Source of the DNA: Alphaproteobacteria bacterium
Lineage (GTDB): Bacteria; Pseudomonadota; Alphaproteobacteria; Rickettsiales; UBA3002
Assembly (NCBI GenBank): GCA_037200745.1
Contig: JBBCHK010000014.1
Span: 23,735 to 87,734 of the forward strand
Direction of reading: 5' to 3'
Length of the DNA stretch: 64,000 nucleotides
Translations under genes and position numbers: made by a program
The notes under the pieces: model-generated
The model's database searches: none
What the model was told of the DNA's origin: nothing
Seen by the model: the letters and a program-made list of their open reading frames with translations, nothing else
Part shown: positions 46,629-56,347 of the stretch, in pieces
Layout of the letters: every line of letters begins with the position of its first letter
How positions within the stretch are numbered: position 1 is the stretch's first letter

Positions 46629-47525
46629 ATGATCCTCCGCCATCTCTTCCGCCCGCGCTTCGTGCTGTTCGCGCTGCTTTGCGCCGCCTCCGCCGCGCAG
46701 GCGGCGCCCATGCAACTCGCCGATGCTTCGCCGCTGCCGACCGGCTTCATTCCGTTACATGGCGGCCCGGCCATCCATGCGAGCCCGGCGGCCGGCACGC
46801 GCGCGGCGGTCTCCGCGCCGTCCGGCGCCGGCCCGGACGCGAAAGGCTATTTCTCGCTCTCCCGCAGCCGGATGGCGCTGCCGTCGCATTTCCAGATCCT
46901 CGGCCAGCGCGCGCCTGCGCCCGTTGCCGCCGAAACGAAGCCGCTCCCCGCCGCCGCGCCGCCGGCGCCGGCGGAGGACGACGCGGCCGCCGATGACGAC
47001 GGCGAGGACGACGCCGCGATGAAGCTTTTCCACGGCGCCGAGCACGACATGACCAGCGTGCCGGCCTTCAAGGGCGTCGTGCGCGGCCTGCACGTGTCGC
47101 AGGCGTGGCCGCTGCCGGCGCGCGCCGAGCAGCATTTCGCCTCGCCCTTCGGCATGCGGCGCGATCCCTTCACCGGCCGCCCCGAGTTCCACACCGGCAT
47201 CGACCTCGCGGCGAAGGCCGGCACGCCGGTGCTCGCCTCCGCCGACGGCGTGGTCGAGGAATCGCAGGTCGGCAAAGGTTTCGGCCGCGTCATCGTCCTG
47301 CGCCACCGCGACGGCGTCGAGAGCCTCTACGGCCATTTGAGCGAGCAGGACGTCACGGTCGGCCAGCACGTGCATCAGGGCCAGAGGATCGGCGCGGTCG
47401 GCTCCTCCGGCCGCTCGACCGGCGCGCATTTGCATTTCCAGCTCGAAGAGAACGGCCACCCCGTCAACCCGATGCTCGCCCTCAGCGCGCCGCTCGAGAC
47501 CGGGATAAGATTCGCGAGCCGATAA
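46629..47525 (+). CDS. M23-family metallopeptidase
   Basis: Signal peptide, SPFGMRRDPF, HTGID, YGHL, GRSTGAHLHF. Confidence 0.93.
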   Translation: MILRHLFRPRFVLFALLCAASAAQAAPMQLADASPLPTGFIPLHGGPAIHASPAAGTRAAVSAPSGAGPDAKGYFSLSRSRMALPSHFQILGQRAPAPVAAETKPLPAAAPPAPAEDDAAADDDGEDDAAMKLFHGAEHDMTSVPAFKGVVRGLHVSQAWPLPARAEQHFASPFGMRRDPFTGRPEFHTGIDLAAKAGTPVLASADGVVEESQVGKGFGRVIVLRHRDGVESLYGHLSEQDVTVGQHVHQGQRIGAVGSSGRSTGAHLHFQLEENGHPVNPMLALSAPLETGIRFASR

Positions 47526-47563
47526 GGTCGGGTTTAGGTTTCGGGGGTGATCGCAACTTTGGT

Positions 47564-47759
47564 CATCCCTCTCCCGCCTCGCGGGAGAGGGATGCGCAGG
47601 CTTAATGAGCGAAGCGAATTTAGCCGGAGCTGGGAGAGGGTGCGGAGTTGCACGAAGTGCGACGACTTCGCGCAGCGATTCTTTCTGACTCAGCAGTTCA
47701 TGCCTCGCTGCCGCTCGGGTACCCTCTCCCTGACCCTCTCCCGCTTGCGGGAGAGGGGA
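47564..47759. repeat. CCCTC-type palindromic element B4 with GAGCGAAGCG insert
   Basis: CCCTCTCCCGCCTCGCGGGAGAGGG ... ACCCTCTCCCTGACCCTCTCCCGCTTGCGGGAGAGGGG. Confidence 0.88.
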
Positions 47760-47805
47760 AGACGCCGCTTTACTTTTTTCTTTTCCGTTTCGCGGAGGAG
47801 TGAAA

Positions 47806-47832
47806 TGGATTCCCGCTTTCGCAGGATGGACA
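47806..47832. repeat. Solo degenerate right arm of subfamily A
   Basis: TGGATTCCCGCTTTCGCAGGATGGACA. Confidence 0.7.
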
Positions 47833-47851
47833 ATTTGGGTAAGCAGGCGCC

Positions 47852-48907
47852 ATGGTCTCCTACCGCGCGCTTCGTCCCGCTCTGTTCCTGATGCCGCCGG
47901 AAGCGGCGCATCGCGCCGCGATCTCGGCGCTGCGGGCGCGGGTGTGGCGCGGCGATTTTTCGCATGACTCGCTGCGGACGCATATCGCGGGCCTCAATTT
48001 GTCCAACCCGGTGGGGCTGGCTGCGGGCTTCGACAAGAACGCCGAGTGTTTCGCCGGTGCGCGCGATGCCGGTTTCGGCTTCGTCGAGATCGGCGGCGTC
48101 ACGCCGCGCGCGCAGCCGGGCAACCCGCGCCCGCGCGTGTTCCGCCTCGTGCCGGAAGAGGCACTGATCAACCGCCTCGGCCTCAACAACGAGGGGATGG
48201 CGGCCGTCGCTTCCCGCCTGTCGCGTCGCGCGGGCGGCATCGTCGGCGCCAATATCGGCAAGAACAAGGACTCCGAGGACGCGGTCGCCGATTACGTCGC
48301 CGCGATGCGCACGCTCTACCCGCTGGTCGATTACGTCACCGCCAATATCTCCTCGCCCAACACGCCGGGGCTGCGCGACCTTCAGGCCGGCAATGCGCTG
48401 CGGGCGCTGGTGAAGGCGCTGCACGCGGAGCGCGACGCGCTCGTCGCCGCCGGCCAGCCGCGCCGGCCCATTTTCGTCAAGATCGCGCCCGACAATGACG
48501 AGGCCGCGCTGCAGGAGATCGCCGACATCGCCTTCCTCGCCAAGCTCGACGGGCTGATCGTCGGCAACACCACCGTCGCGCGCGAGCGGATCGCCGGCAG
48601 CCCGCATGCGCACGAGCAGGGGGGCTTAAGCGGCAAGCCGCTCTTCGCGCCCTCGACGGAGATGCTCGCCCGCATGTATGCGCTGACCAAAGGCAAGGTG
48701 CCGCTGATCGGCGTCGGCGGGATTTCCTCGGCGCAGGATGCCTACCAGAAGATCCTCGCCGGGGCGTCGGCGGTGCAGCTCTATACGGCGCTGGTCTATC
48801 AGGGTTTCGGGCTGGTCGAGGAGATCAAGCGCGGCCTGGCCGAGCTGTTAGGGCGAGTGGGATTCGCCGACGTCGCTGCTGCGGTCGGACAGGCCTCCCG
48901 GCCCTGA
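47852..48907 (+). CDS. pyrD: Dihydroorotate dehydrogenase (quinone)
   Basis: NPVGLAAGFDKN, QPGNPRPR.FRL, NISSPNTPGLR, KIAPD, GGLSG, VQLYTAL. Confidence 0.98.
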   Translation: MVSYRALRPALFLMPPEAAHRAAISALRARVWRGDFSHDSLRTHIAGLNLSNPVGLAAGFDKNAECFAGARDAGFGFVEIGGVTPRAQPGNPRPRVFRLVPEEALINRLGLNNEGMAAVASRLSRRAGGIVGANIGKNKDSEDAVADYVAAMRTLYPLVDYVTANISSPNTPGLRDLQAGNALRALVKALHAERDALVAAGQPRRPIFVKIAPDNDEAALQEIADIAFLAKLDGLIVGNTTVARERIAGSPHAHEQGGLSGKPLFAPSTEMLARMYALTKGKVPLIGVGGISSAQDAYQKILAGASAVQLYTALVYQGFGLVEEIKRGLAELLGRVGFADVAAAVGQASRP

Positions 48908-49759
48908 CAGGCTGTTGAAGGCCCGGCCGACCAGCGACGGATCGGCGGCATAGGCCGTCAGGATCTTCTCGAGCGTGGCCCAGTTGATCTTGACGTGCGA
49001 ACTCAGCACCTCACCGGCCCGTCCCGGCGGCGTGACATGGCTCGCCTCGACGGCGGCCACGCTTTCGATGCCCGCCAGGTTCTTCATGGCATCGAATCCG
49101 TCGCGCAGCCGGTTCGCCGCCGTTTTCGCGTTGGGGCCGAAATTGATCTGGATGTCGTAGACGCCGTCCGCCACGGAGGAATGCTCGATCTGGAAATCGA
49201 CGGGAGAGATGCCGCCGGCCCGGCCGAGCTCCCTCCAGAAATCCTGGAAGCTGTGCTGCATCGCTTCGGACGGCGCATGCTGCTCCATCAGCGGCCACGG
49301 CGCCCGCAAGGTGAGCGGGAAGGCTGTCCAGAACTTGAACGGATCGGCCGCAAGGTCCTTGAGCACGGCATTGAACAGCGGTGTGCTCATGCGCAGGATG
49401 GGGATGCCATCGCCATTGGCGGTCAGGTCGATCATTCCGCGCAGCTTCAGCCGCTGCTGTGTTTTTAAAAAAGCATCCTTCAGCGCATCGCGCGTGGCGA
49501 CTTCGTGCTTGTTCGTATCGTCGATGCTTTCACGCACGCCCGCCGAATGCCGGGTCTTCATGCTATGTGCATCGCGCACGGTGATCGCGCGGGCATTGGA
49601 AGCATGGGAAAGCCCGGCAAGGCCGAGCTCCACCATGACGGGCGCGTTGGGATTCGAGGGCTTGCGCACCGTCACGCTGTCCAGCACGCCGGGACGCAGG
49701 CCCAGGATGAGCGCGTTCAGCTGCTGGGAGTCGATACTGTCGTCGATGTCCAGGCGCAT
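48848..49759 (-). CDS. Hypothetical protein, paralog 1 of a tandem pair
   Basis: Open ORF of about 300 aa; aligns by eye with 49849-50754. Confidence 0.8.
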   Translation of the reverse strand: MRLDIDDSIDSQQLNALILGLRPGVLDSVTVRKPSNPNAPVMVELGLAGLSHASNARAITVRDAHSMKTRHSAGVRESIDDTNKHEVATRDALKDAFLKTQQRLKLRGMIDLTANGDGIPILRMSTPLFNAVLKDLAADPFKFWTAFPLTLRAPWPLMEQHAPSEAMQHSFQDFWRELGRAGGISPVDFQIEHSSVADGVYDIQINFGPNAKTAANRLRDGFDAMKNLAGIESVAAVEASHVTPPGRAGEVLSSHVKINWATLEKILTAYAADPSLVGRAFNSLSGPGGLSDRSSDVGESHSP

Positions 49760-49848
49760 GGAATTCCTCATCCCGCAGGGTAGGGAATAATGATTAAAGC
49801 TTTATGAACTAAAACGGAAACCACGAAAAAGGCCGTCTTCCGGCCGGG

Positions 49849-50754
49849 CTATTCGCGCACGCTGGACTTGCGGGCGGCGGCCCCGGATGGGGCTTCCGGG
49901 CCTTCGGCGAAGGCCGTGGCGACGATCGACGGATCGTTGCGGTACGCCGTGAGGATGCCCTGCAGGCTTTCCCAGTCGATCTTGACGACCGAATGCGTGA
50001 CGCGGCCGTCACGGGGGGAACGCGGGCTTTGCGCGCCGACGAAAGCGAACCCCTCGATATCCAGCTGTTTCTTCAGCGATTCGAGCCCTGCTTTCAGGCG
50101 GTCGGCCATCGGCTTGGAGTCCGGGCCGAACTCGAAAAGCACGTCGTAGGACGCGCCGGTGATGTTCGAGCGCTCGAAGCGGGGGCGTTCGCCGCACAGG
50201 ATGCCGGCCCCGCGCAGGCCGCCGGTGAATTCGCCGAGCGATTCCTGCTGCTCGCGCAGGATCCCGGACGGCGCTTCGCCGATAAAGCTCGTGCGCAGCG
50301 CACGCGGAAACTTTCCCCAGAACGTTTCCGGGTCCCTGCGTGCTTCTTCCAGCATGGCGTTGAACAGCGAGGCGCTGATCTCGATCATGGGCGTGCCGTC
50401 CTCGTCGGTGTCGAGATGCACCCGGCCCCAGACGTCGCCGCGTTTCTTCAGGTCCCCATGGATTTGCAGGAACACTTCGAACATCTGCTGGTAGAGCGCA
50501 TTCAGGGGAGAGTGCCGGGCGCGCGCTTCCATCGGGAATCGCAGGCGCACGGTGGTTGCCGCCGCTTCCGCCTTGCGTCTTTCTTCCGGGTCCGCCTGGG
50601 CGTTCTCTTCGCCGCCCGTCGTTCCGTCCGGCTTCGGGACGGACAGGACCTTCCCGGTGTGCGGCAGCGCGCTGACGACCAGCCCCGATGGGATGTTGGC
50701 AAGAAAAAGGTCGACTTCGTCCTGCCGGAACGAGGTGTCGATTTTGACGTCCAT
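49849..50754 (-). CDS. Hypothetical protein, paralog 2 of a tandem pair
   Basis: 301-aa ORF; shared blocks DG.P......LFNA.L.....DP..FW..FP..LR and KI.W..L..ILTAY..DPS.V..AF. Confidence 0.8.
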   Translation of the reverse strand: MDVKIDTSFRQDEVDLFLANIPSGLVVSALPHTGKVLSVPKPDGTTGGEENAQADPEERRKAEAAATTVRLRFPMEARARHSPLNALYQQMFEVFLQIHGDLKKRGDVWGRVHLDTDEDGTPMIEISASLFNAMLEEARRDPETFWGKFPRALRTSFIGEAPSGILREQQESLGEFTGGLRGAGILCGERPRFERSNITGASYDVLFEFGPDSKPMADRLKAGLESLKKQLDIEGFAFVGAQSPRSPRDGRVTHSVVKIDWESLQGILTAYRNDPSIVATAFAEGPEAPSGAAARKSSVRE

Positions 50755-50806
50755 GGAATTCCTCTAGCCTATAACGCTAAAGGAAAATCGTTAAGCTTTG
50801 ATGAAA

Positions 50807-51469
50807 TCAGCCGTTCAGGCCGAAGACCCGCTGCAGGAACGCCTGGGCGACGGTCAGGCCGTCCTCGTCGATGCCGTGGCCGATCCCGGGGCGGGGGTGG
50901 GCGGTGACCTCCACCCCATGGCCGCGCAGGGCCGTTTCGGCGTGGGCGAGCGCGCCGAAGGGCACGACCTCGTCCGCCTCGCCGTGGATGAGGCAGACGG
51001 GGAACTTGCTTCGGGCCTCCGCCGCCAGCGTCTCGGCGCCGATCAGCGCGCCGGAGAAGCCGACGACGCCGGCGAGCGGCTTGCCCCGGCGCAGGGCGGT
51101 GTAGAGCGCCGTCATCGTGCCCTGCGAGAAGCCGACGAGGGCGATGTCGGAATCCTTCAGCCTGAAGCGGTCGCGCTGCGCGTCGATATAGGCGTCGAGG
51201 ATCGGCGCGGCGGTCTTCACGCCCTCGGTCATGCGCGCGAGGCTGCGCTCCATCAGCGAGAACCACTGGTGGCCGAAGGGCGCCATGTCGAAGCGCTCGG
51301 GCGCGTTGGGCGAGAGGAACTGCGTATCGGGCAGCGCCGGGGCAAGGATGCGCGACAGGCCGATGAGGTCGCCCCCGTCGGCGCCGACGCCGTGCAGGAA
51401 AATGACGAGGTGCTTCACCACGCCGCTGGGCGGCGCGACCTCGGGACCCTGTAATAAAGACTGCGGCAT
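50807..51469 (-). CDS. Phospholipase/carboxylesterase (alpha/beta hydrolase)
   Basis: FLHGVGADG.DL, GFSQG, HGEADEVVP, GHGI. Confidence 0.93.
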   Translation of the reverse strand: MPQSLLQGPEVAPPSGVVKHLVIFLHGVGADGGDLIGLSRILAPALPDTQFLSPNAPERFDMAPFGHQWFSLMERSLARMTEGVKTAAPILDAYIDAQRDRFRLKDSDIALVGFSQGTMTALYTALRRGKPLAGVVGFSGALIGAETLAAEARSKFPVCLIHGEADEVVPFGALAHAETALRGHGVEVTAHPRPGIGHGIDEDGLTVAQAFLQRVFGLNG

Positions 51470-51478
51470 TCGTTCTCC

Positions 51479-51556
51479 GTCATTCCTGCGAAGGCAGGAA
51501 TCTCTTTACCCTCTTGCGCAGGCATCGAGAGAGATTCCCGCCTTCGCGGGAATGAC
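51479..51556. repeat. GTC-tagged element, subfamily A variant (ATCTC/GAGAT shoulders)
   Basis: GTCATTCCTGCGAAGGCAGGAATCTC...GAGATTCCCGCCTTCGCGGGAATGAC. Confidence 0.93.
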
Positions 51557-51619
51557 AATCTTTCTTTTCTCTGCCGCGCATCACGCTATGGTGTAAATAT
51601 TCCACGAAGAAAGGCAAGC

Positions 51620-54448
51620 ATGCAGCAATCCGCCCAGAGTAAACCCGACGCCGGATGCGCGCGCCTCGTGCTGGTGGACGGCTCGGGCTACATCTTCCGC
51701 GCCTACCACGCGCTGCCGCCGCTGACGCGCCGCGACGGCACGCCGACGGGCGCCGTCTACGGCTTCACCACCATGCTGCTCAAGCTGCGCGAGACCTACG
51801 CGGGCGACTGCCTCACCGTCATCTTCGACGCCTCGCGCCAGAGCTTCCGCCAGGAGGTCTACGCCGCGTACAAGGCGCACCGCCCGCCGGCGCCGGAGGA
51901 CCTCGTGCCGCAATTCGCGCTGGTGCGCGAGGCGACGCGCGCGATGAACATTCCCTCCATCGAGCTCGAGCAGTTCGAGGCGGACGACCTCATCGCCAGC
52001 TACGCCGAAGCCGCCGCAGCGGCCGGGCAGGAAGTCGTCATCGTCTCCTCCGACAAGGATTTGATGCAACTGATCCGCCCCGGCGTCGCCATGTTCGACC
52101 CGATGAAGAACAAGCCCATCGGCGAGGTGGAGGTGATGGAGAAATTCGGCGTCGCGCCGGGGAAGGTGACCGAGGTGCAGGCGCTGATCGGCGATTCGAC
52201 CGACAACGTCCCCGGCGTCCCCGGCATCGGTCCCAAGACGGCGGCAGAGCTCATCGGCCAGTATGGCACGGTGGAGAACCTGCTGGCGCATCTCGACGAG
52301 ATCAAGCAGCCCAAGCGCCGCGAGGCGCTGGTGCAGCATGCGGGCAACGCGCGCATCTCGCGCCAGCTGGTCGAGCTCAAGCGCGACGCGCCGCTGCCGG
52401 TGCCGCTCGGCGAATTGCAGCCGGTGCCCCTCGACCGGGCGAAGCTCATCGAGTTCCTCAGCGCGCAGGAATTCACCGGCATCCTGAAGCGGCTGGGCGC
52501 TCATGCGGATACCGTCATTCCCGCGCAGGCGGGAATCTCCGTTGAGGCTGGTGCGAGCGGTGAAAGAGATTCCCGCCTTCGCGGGAATAACATTATAAAA
52601 AATTACGAGACCATTACGGACGAAGCGGTGCTGGCGGCATGGATCGCCGATGCCATCCGCGCCGGGAAGATCGGCATCGACACACGGACGACGTCCATCC
52701 GCGAAGGCGAGGCGGAGCTGGTCGGCATCGGGCTCTCTATCGCGCCGGGGCGCGCCGCCTATGTCCCGCTCGGCCATATCGAGGCGGGCGCGGCGCAGGG
52801 CAACATGTTCGACGCGCAGCCCGGGGGCGGCAGGCTGGCGCCCGGCCAGCTGGGAAAAGCGCGTGCGCTGGAGATGCTGGCGCCGCTTCTCGCCCATCCC
52901 GGCGTACTTAAAGTGGGACACAATCTGAAATACGACCTCGTCGTCTACGGCAAGGCGGGGCTCGCGCTCTCGCCCATCGCCGACATCATGCTGATGTCCT
53001 ATTGCATCGCCGGCGGGCTCTATTCGCATACGTTCGACGACCTCGCCGAGCGCCATTGCCACCACGTGGTCGTCGCGCGGGCCGGCCTCGTCGGCAGCGG
53101 GCGGCAGGAGAAGGATTTCTCCGAGGTCGCCATCGAGCAGGCCGCCCCCTGCGGCGCGGAGGGCGCCGATTACAAGCTGCGGCTGTTCGAGGTGCTGCGC
53201 AGGGAAATGTTCGCGGTGAAGGTCACCCGCGTCTACGAGACCATCGAGCGGCCGCTGGTGCCGGTCATCGCCGCGATGGAGGAGGCGGGCGTGCTGGTGA
53301 GCCCCACCGTGCTCGGCGAGATGTCGGTCGAGTTCGCCGGCAAGCTCGCCACGCTGGAGAAAGAGATCATCGCCATGGCCGGCATGGAATTCTCCGTCGG
53401 CTCGCCGAAGCAGCTGGGCGAGGTGCTGTTCGACAAACTGCAGCTCGGCGGCGGCCGCAAATCCAGCAAGTCCGGCGCTTATTCGACCGATTCGGGCGTG
53501 CTCGAAGCCCTCGCCGAGGAGGGCCACGAGATCGCCGCGAAGGTCCTCGAATGGCGCCAGTTCAGCAAGCTCAAGAGCACCTATACCGACGCGCTGCCGA
53601 AAGCGATCAATCCCAAGACCGGCCGCGTGCACACGAACTTCCAGCTCGCCGTGACCTCGACGGGGCGGCTTTCCTCCACCGAGCCGAACCTGCAGAACAT
53701 CCCCATCCGCACGGAGGACGGGCGGCGCATCCGCACCGCGTTCATCGCGCCGCCGGGGGCCAAGCTCATCTCCGCCGATTATTCGCAGATCGAGCTGCGC
53801 CTGCTCGCCCACATGGCGGGCATCAAGCCGCTGATCGAGGCGTTCCGCCATGGCGCCGACATCCACGCCGTCACCGCCAGCCAGATATTCGGCGTCGCGG
53901 TGGACAAGGTGACGCCCGATCTGCGCCGTTCCGCCAAGACCATCAATTTCGGCATCATCTACGGCATGAGCGCGCACGGGCTGGCGGTGCGGCTCGGCAT
54001 CGGCCGCTCGGAGGCCGCATCGATCATCGAGGCGTATTTCAAGCAGTATCCCGGCATCCGCGAGATCATGGACAAGAGCATCGCCTTCGCCCACGCGCAC
54101 GGCTATGTCGAGACGCTGTTCGGCCGCAAGGTCCATGTGCGCGACATCAACGCCAAGAACCCCAATTTGCGCAATTTTTCCGAGCGCGCGGCGATCAATG
54201 CGCCGCTGCAGGGCACGGCGGCGGACATCATCAAGCTCGCCATGGTCGCGGTGGACGAGCTGCTGCGCCACGAAGGCAAGGGCCGCCTCGTGCTGCAGGT
54301 CCATGACGAACTTTTAATCGAATCGCCCGCCGGCGACGCGCCGGAGCTCGCCCGGCGCGTGCAGCAGGCGATGGAGCAGGTGGCGATGCTCAGCGTGCCG
54401 CTGACGGTCGAGACCGGCGTCGGCGACCACTGGGGCGAGATTCACTAG
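51620..54448 (+). CDS. polA: DNA polymerase I
   Basis: LVDGSGYIFRAYHA, GDSTDNVPGVPGIGPKTA, TGRLSS.EPNLQNIP, ADYSQIELR, AK.INFGIIYG, QVHDEL. Confidence 0.99.
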   Translation: MQQSAQSKPDAGCARLVLVDGSGYIFRAYHALPPLTRRDGTPTGAVYGFTTMLLKLRETYAGDCLTVIFDASRQSFRQEVYAAYKAHRPPAPEDLVPQFALVREATRAMNIPSIELEQFEADDLIASYAEAAAAAGQEVVIVSSDKDLMQLIRPGVAMFDPMKNKPIGEVEVMEKFGVAPGKVTEVQALIGDSTDNVPGVPGIGPKTAAELIGQYGTVENLLAHLDEIKQPKRREALVQHAGNARISRQLVELKRDAPLPVPLGELQPVPLDRAKLIEFLSAQEFTGILKRLGAHADTVIPAQAGISVEAGASGERDSRLRGNNIIKNYETITDEAVLAAWIADAIRAGKIGIDTRTTSIREGEAELVGIGLSIAPGRAAYVPLGHIEAGAAQGNMFDAQPGGGRLAPGQLGKARALEMLAPLLAHPGVLKVGHNLKYDLVVYGKAGLALSPIADIMLMSYCIAGGLYSHTFDDLAERHCHHVVVARAGLVGSGRQEKDFSEVAIEQAAPCGAEGADYKLRLFEVLRREMFAVKVTRVYETIERPLVPVIAAMEEAGVLVSPTVLGEMSVEFAGKLATLEKEIIAMAGMEFSVGSPKQLGEVLFDKLQLGGGRKSSKSGAYSTDSGVLEALAEEGHEIAAKVLEWRQFSKLKSTYTDALPKAINPKTGRVHTNFQLAVTSTGRLSSTEPNLQNIPIRTEDGRRIRTAFIAPPGAKLISADYSQIELRLLAHMAGIKPLIEAFRHGADIHAVTASQIFGVAVDKVTPDLRRSAKTINFGIIYGMSAHGLAVRLGIGRSEAASIIEAYFKQYPGIREIMDKSIAFAHAHGYVETLFGRKVHVRDINAKNPNLRNFSERAAINAPLQGTAADIIKLAMVAVDELLRHEGKGRLVLQVHDELLIESPAGDAPELARRVQQAMEQVAMLSVPLTVETGVGDHWGEIH
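52514..52591. repeat. GTC-tagged element inserted in frame in polA (78 bp)
   Basis: GTCATTCCCGCGCAGGCGGGAATCTC...GAGATTCCCGCCTTCGCGGGAATAAC encodes VIPAQAGISVEAGASGERDSRLRGNN. Confidence 0.93.
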
Positions 54449-54455
54449 ACAGGCC

Positions 54456-54540
54456 GTCATTCCCGTGAAAGCGGGAATCCAGGCGCGCGAAGCGCCACTT
54501 AAGAAAACAAGGGCTGGATTCCCGCTTTCGCGGGAATGAC
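54456..54540. repeat. GTC-tagged element, subfamily A (gene-less)
   Basis: Right arm identical to cassette 1; spacer GCGCGCGAAGCGCCACTTAA shared with 21778 and 36841. Confidence 0.95.
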
Positions 54541-54587
54541 AAGTACCATGGACAGGGCGCCGATTTGCTCCTATAAGCGGCCCTCTT

Positions 54588-56012
54588 ATGAGCTCGACTT
54601 CGACCCTTTCCACCCTGTCCAACCTGCGCCCGGTGATCCTGTCCGGGCGCGAGGTGCTGCCTATCGTCGAGGGCGGCAAGGGCGTCGGCGCCACCAACGG
54701 CGCCAGCGCGGGTGCCTTCGCGGCGGCCGGCGCGGTCGGCACCTTCTCCGGCGTCAACCAGCTGGAATACGACGCGGAGGGCAACCTCATCCCCGATACC
54801 TATGTCGGCAAGACGCGCCAGGACCGGCACGAGGAGCTCGTCGCCAAGGGCATCCGCGCCGGCATCCACCACGCGCAATGGGCGCATGAGGTATCGAACG
54901 GGCAGGGCCGCATCCACATCAACGTGCTGTGGGAGATGGGCGGCTGCGAGCGCGTGCTCGAAGGCGTGCTCGAAGGCGCCAAGGGCCTCGTCCACGGCGT
55001 CACCTGCGGCGCCGGCATGCCTTACCGCCTCAGCGAGATCGCGGCGAAGCATAATGTCTATTACCACCCCATCATCTCCTCGATGCGCGCCTTCCGCGCG
55101 CTGTGGAAGCGCGGCTATTCCAAATACCAGGGCCTGCTCGGCAGCGTGGTCTACGAGGACCCGTGGCTCGCCGGCGGCCATAACGGGCTTTCCAACAGCG
55201 AGAATCCCGAGCGGCCGGAGGACCCGTACCCGCGCGTCGCCGAGCTGCGCAGCTTCATGAACGAGGTCGGGCTGCACCACGTGCCGATCATCATGGCCGG
55301 CGGCGCCTGGCACCTCAAGGACTGGGAGCACTGGCTCGACAACCCGGAGATCGGCGCCATCGCCTTCCAGTTCGGCACGCGCCCGCTGCTGACGAAGGAA
55401 AGCCCCATTCCTGCGGAGTGGAAGGAGCGGCTGCTGACGCTGAAGGAAGGTGACGTCTTCCTCAACCATTTCTCGCCGACGGGGTTCTATTCCTCCGCCG
55501 TCAACAACAGCTTCATCCAGGAGCTGCGCGCGCGCAACGAGCGGCAGATCCCCTTCTCGACGGAGCCAGAGGGCTACATGACCGAGACCTACGGCTTCGG
55601 CCCGCGCAAGCGCCCGCACTACGTGACGCCCGAGGACCTCGAGAAGGCCAACCAGTGGTGCGCGCTCGGCTTCACCGAGGCGATGAAAACGCCCGACGAG
55701 ACGCTGATGTTCGTCACCCCGCAGAAGGCCAACCAGATCGTCGTCGACCAGATCGAATGCATGGGCTGCCTCAGCCACTGCCGCTTCAGCAACTGGAAGG
55801 ACCACGACGATTTCACCACCGGCAAGAAGGCCGACCCGCGCAGCTTCTGCATCCAGAAGACGCTGCAGGACATCGTGCGCGGCGGTTCGACCGAGCACAA
55901 CCTCATGTTCTCCGGCCACAACGCCTACAAGTTCGCCGAGGACCCATACTATTCGAACGGCTTCGTGCCGACGGTCGGCGAGCTCGTCCAGCGCATTATG
56001 ACGGGCTACTAG
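54588..56012 (+). CDS. Nitronate monooxygenase-family flavin oxidoreductase
   Basis: PIVEGGKGVG, TCGAGMP, EDPWLAGGHNG, MAGG, FQFGTRPLLT.ES, CMGCLSHC. Confidence 0.9.
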   Translation: MSSTSTLSTLSNLRPVILSGREVLPIVEGGKGVGATNGASAGAFAAAGAVGTFSGVNQLEYDAEGNLIPDTYVGKTRQDRHEELVAKGIRAGIHHAQWAHEVSNGQGRIHINVLWEMGGCERVLEGVLEGAKGLVHGVTCGAGMPYRLSEIAAKHNVYYHPIISSMRAFRALWKRGYSKYQGLLGSVVYEDPWLAGGHNGLSNSENPERPEDPYPRVAELRSFMNEVGLHHVPIIMAGGAWHLKDWEHWLDNPEIGAIAFQFGTRPLLTKESPIPAEWKERLLTLKEGDVFLNHFSPTGFYSSAVNNSFIQELRARNERQIPFSTEPEGYMTETYGFGPRKRPHYVTPEDLEKANQWCALGFTEAMKTPDETLMFVTPQKANQIVVDQIECMGCLSHCRFSNWKDHDDFTTGKKADPRSFCIQKTLQDIVRGGSTEHNLMFSGHNAYKFAEDPYYSNGFVPTVGELVQRIMTGY

Positions 56013-56347
56013 GCGAGCATCGCCTTCGCGTAGGTGAACCCGGCGTAGAACGCGGCCATCACGACACAGGAAACGGCGAGCGCCGGGTAGAAGCCGAGCC
56101 CGTGCTTCAGCAGCAGCGGCAGCATGAGGAAGAACACCAGCGACGGCAGCACCAGCCAGAAAATATCGTAGGAAAGCGCGCCGATCTTCTGCGCGTCGTG
56201 CGTGTCGCGCCAGAGCCAGACGAAGGCGAGGATCGAGGTCAGCGGCAGCGAGGCGATCAGCGCTGCGAACAGGCTATAGCGCCGCGCCAGCTCCGACACG
56301 GCGGCGACGACGAGCGCGGTGATGAGCGTCTTCAGCAGGAAATACAT
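56009..56347 (-). CDS. DUF3147-like membrane protein
   Basis: KTLITALVVAAVSELARR....ALIASLPLTSILA, FWLVLPSL. Confidence 0.85.
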   Translation of the reverse strand: MYFLLKTLITALVVAAVSELARRYSLFAALIASLPLTSILAFVWLWRDTHDAQKIGALSYDIFWLVLPSLVFFLMLPLLLKHGLGFYPALAVSCVVMAAFYAGFTYAKAMLA

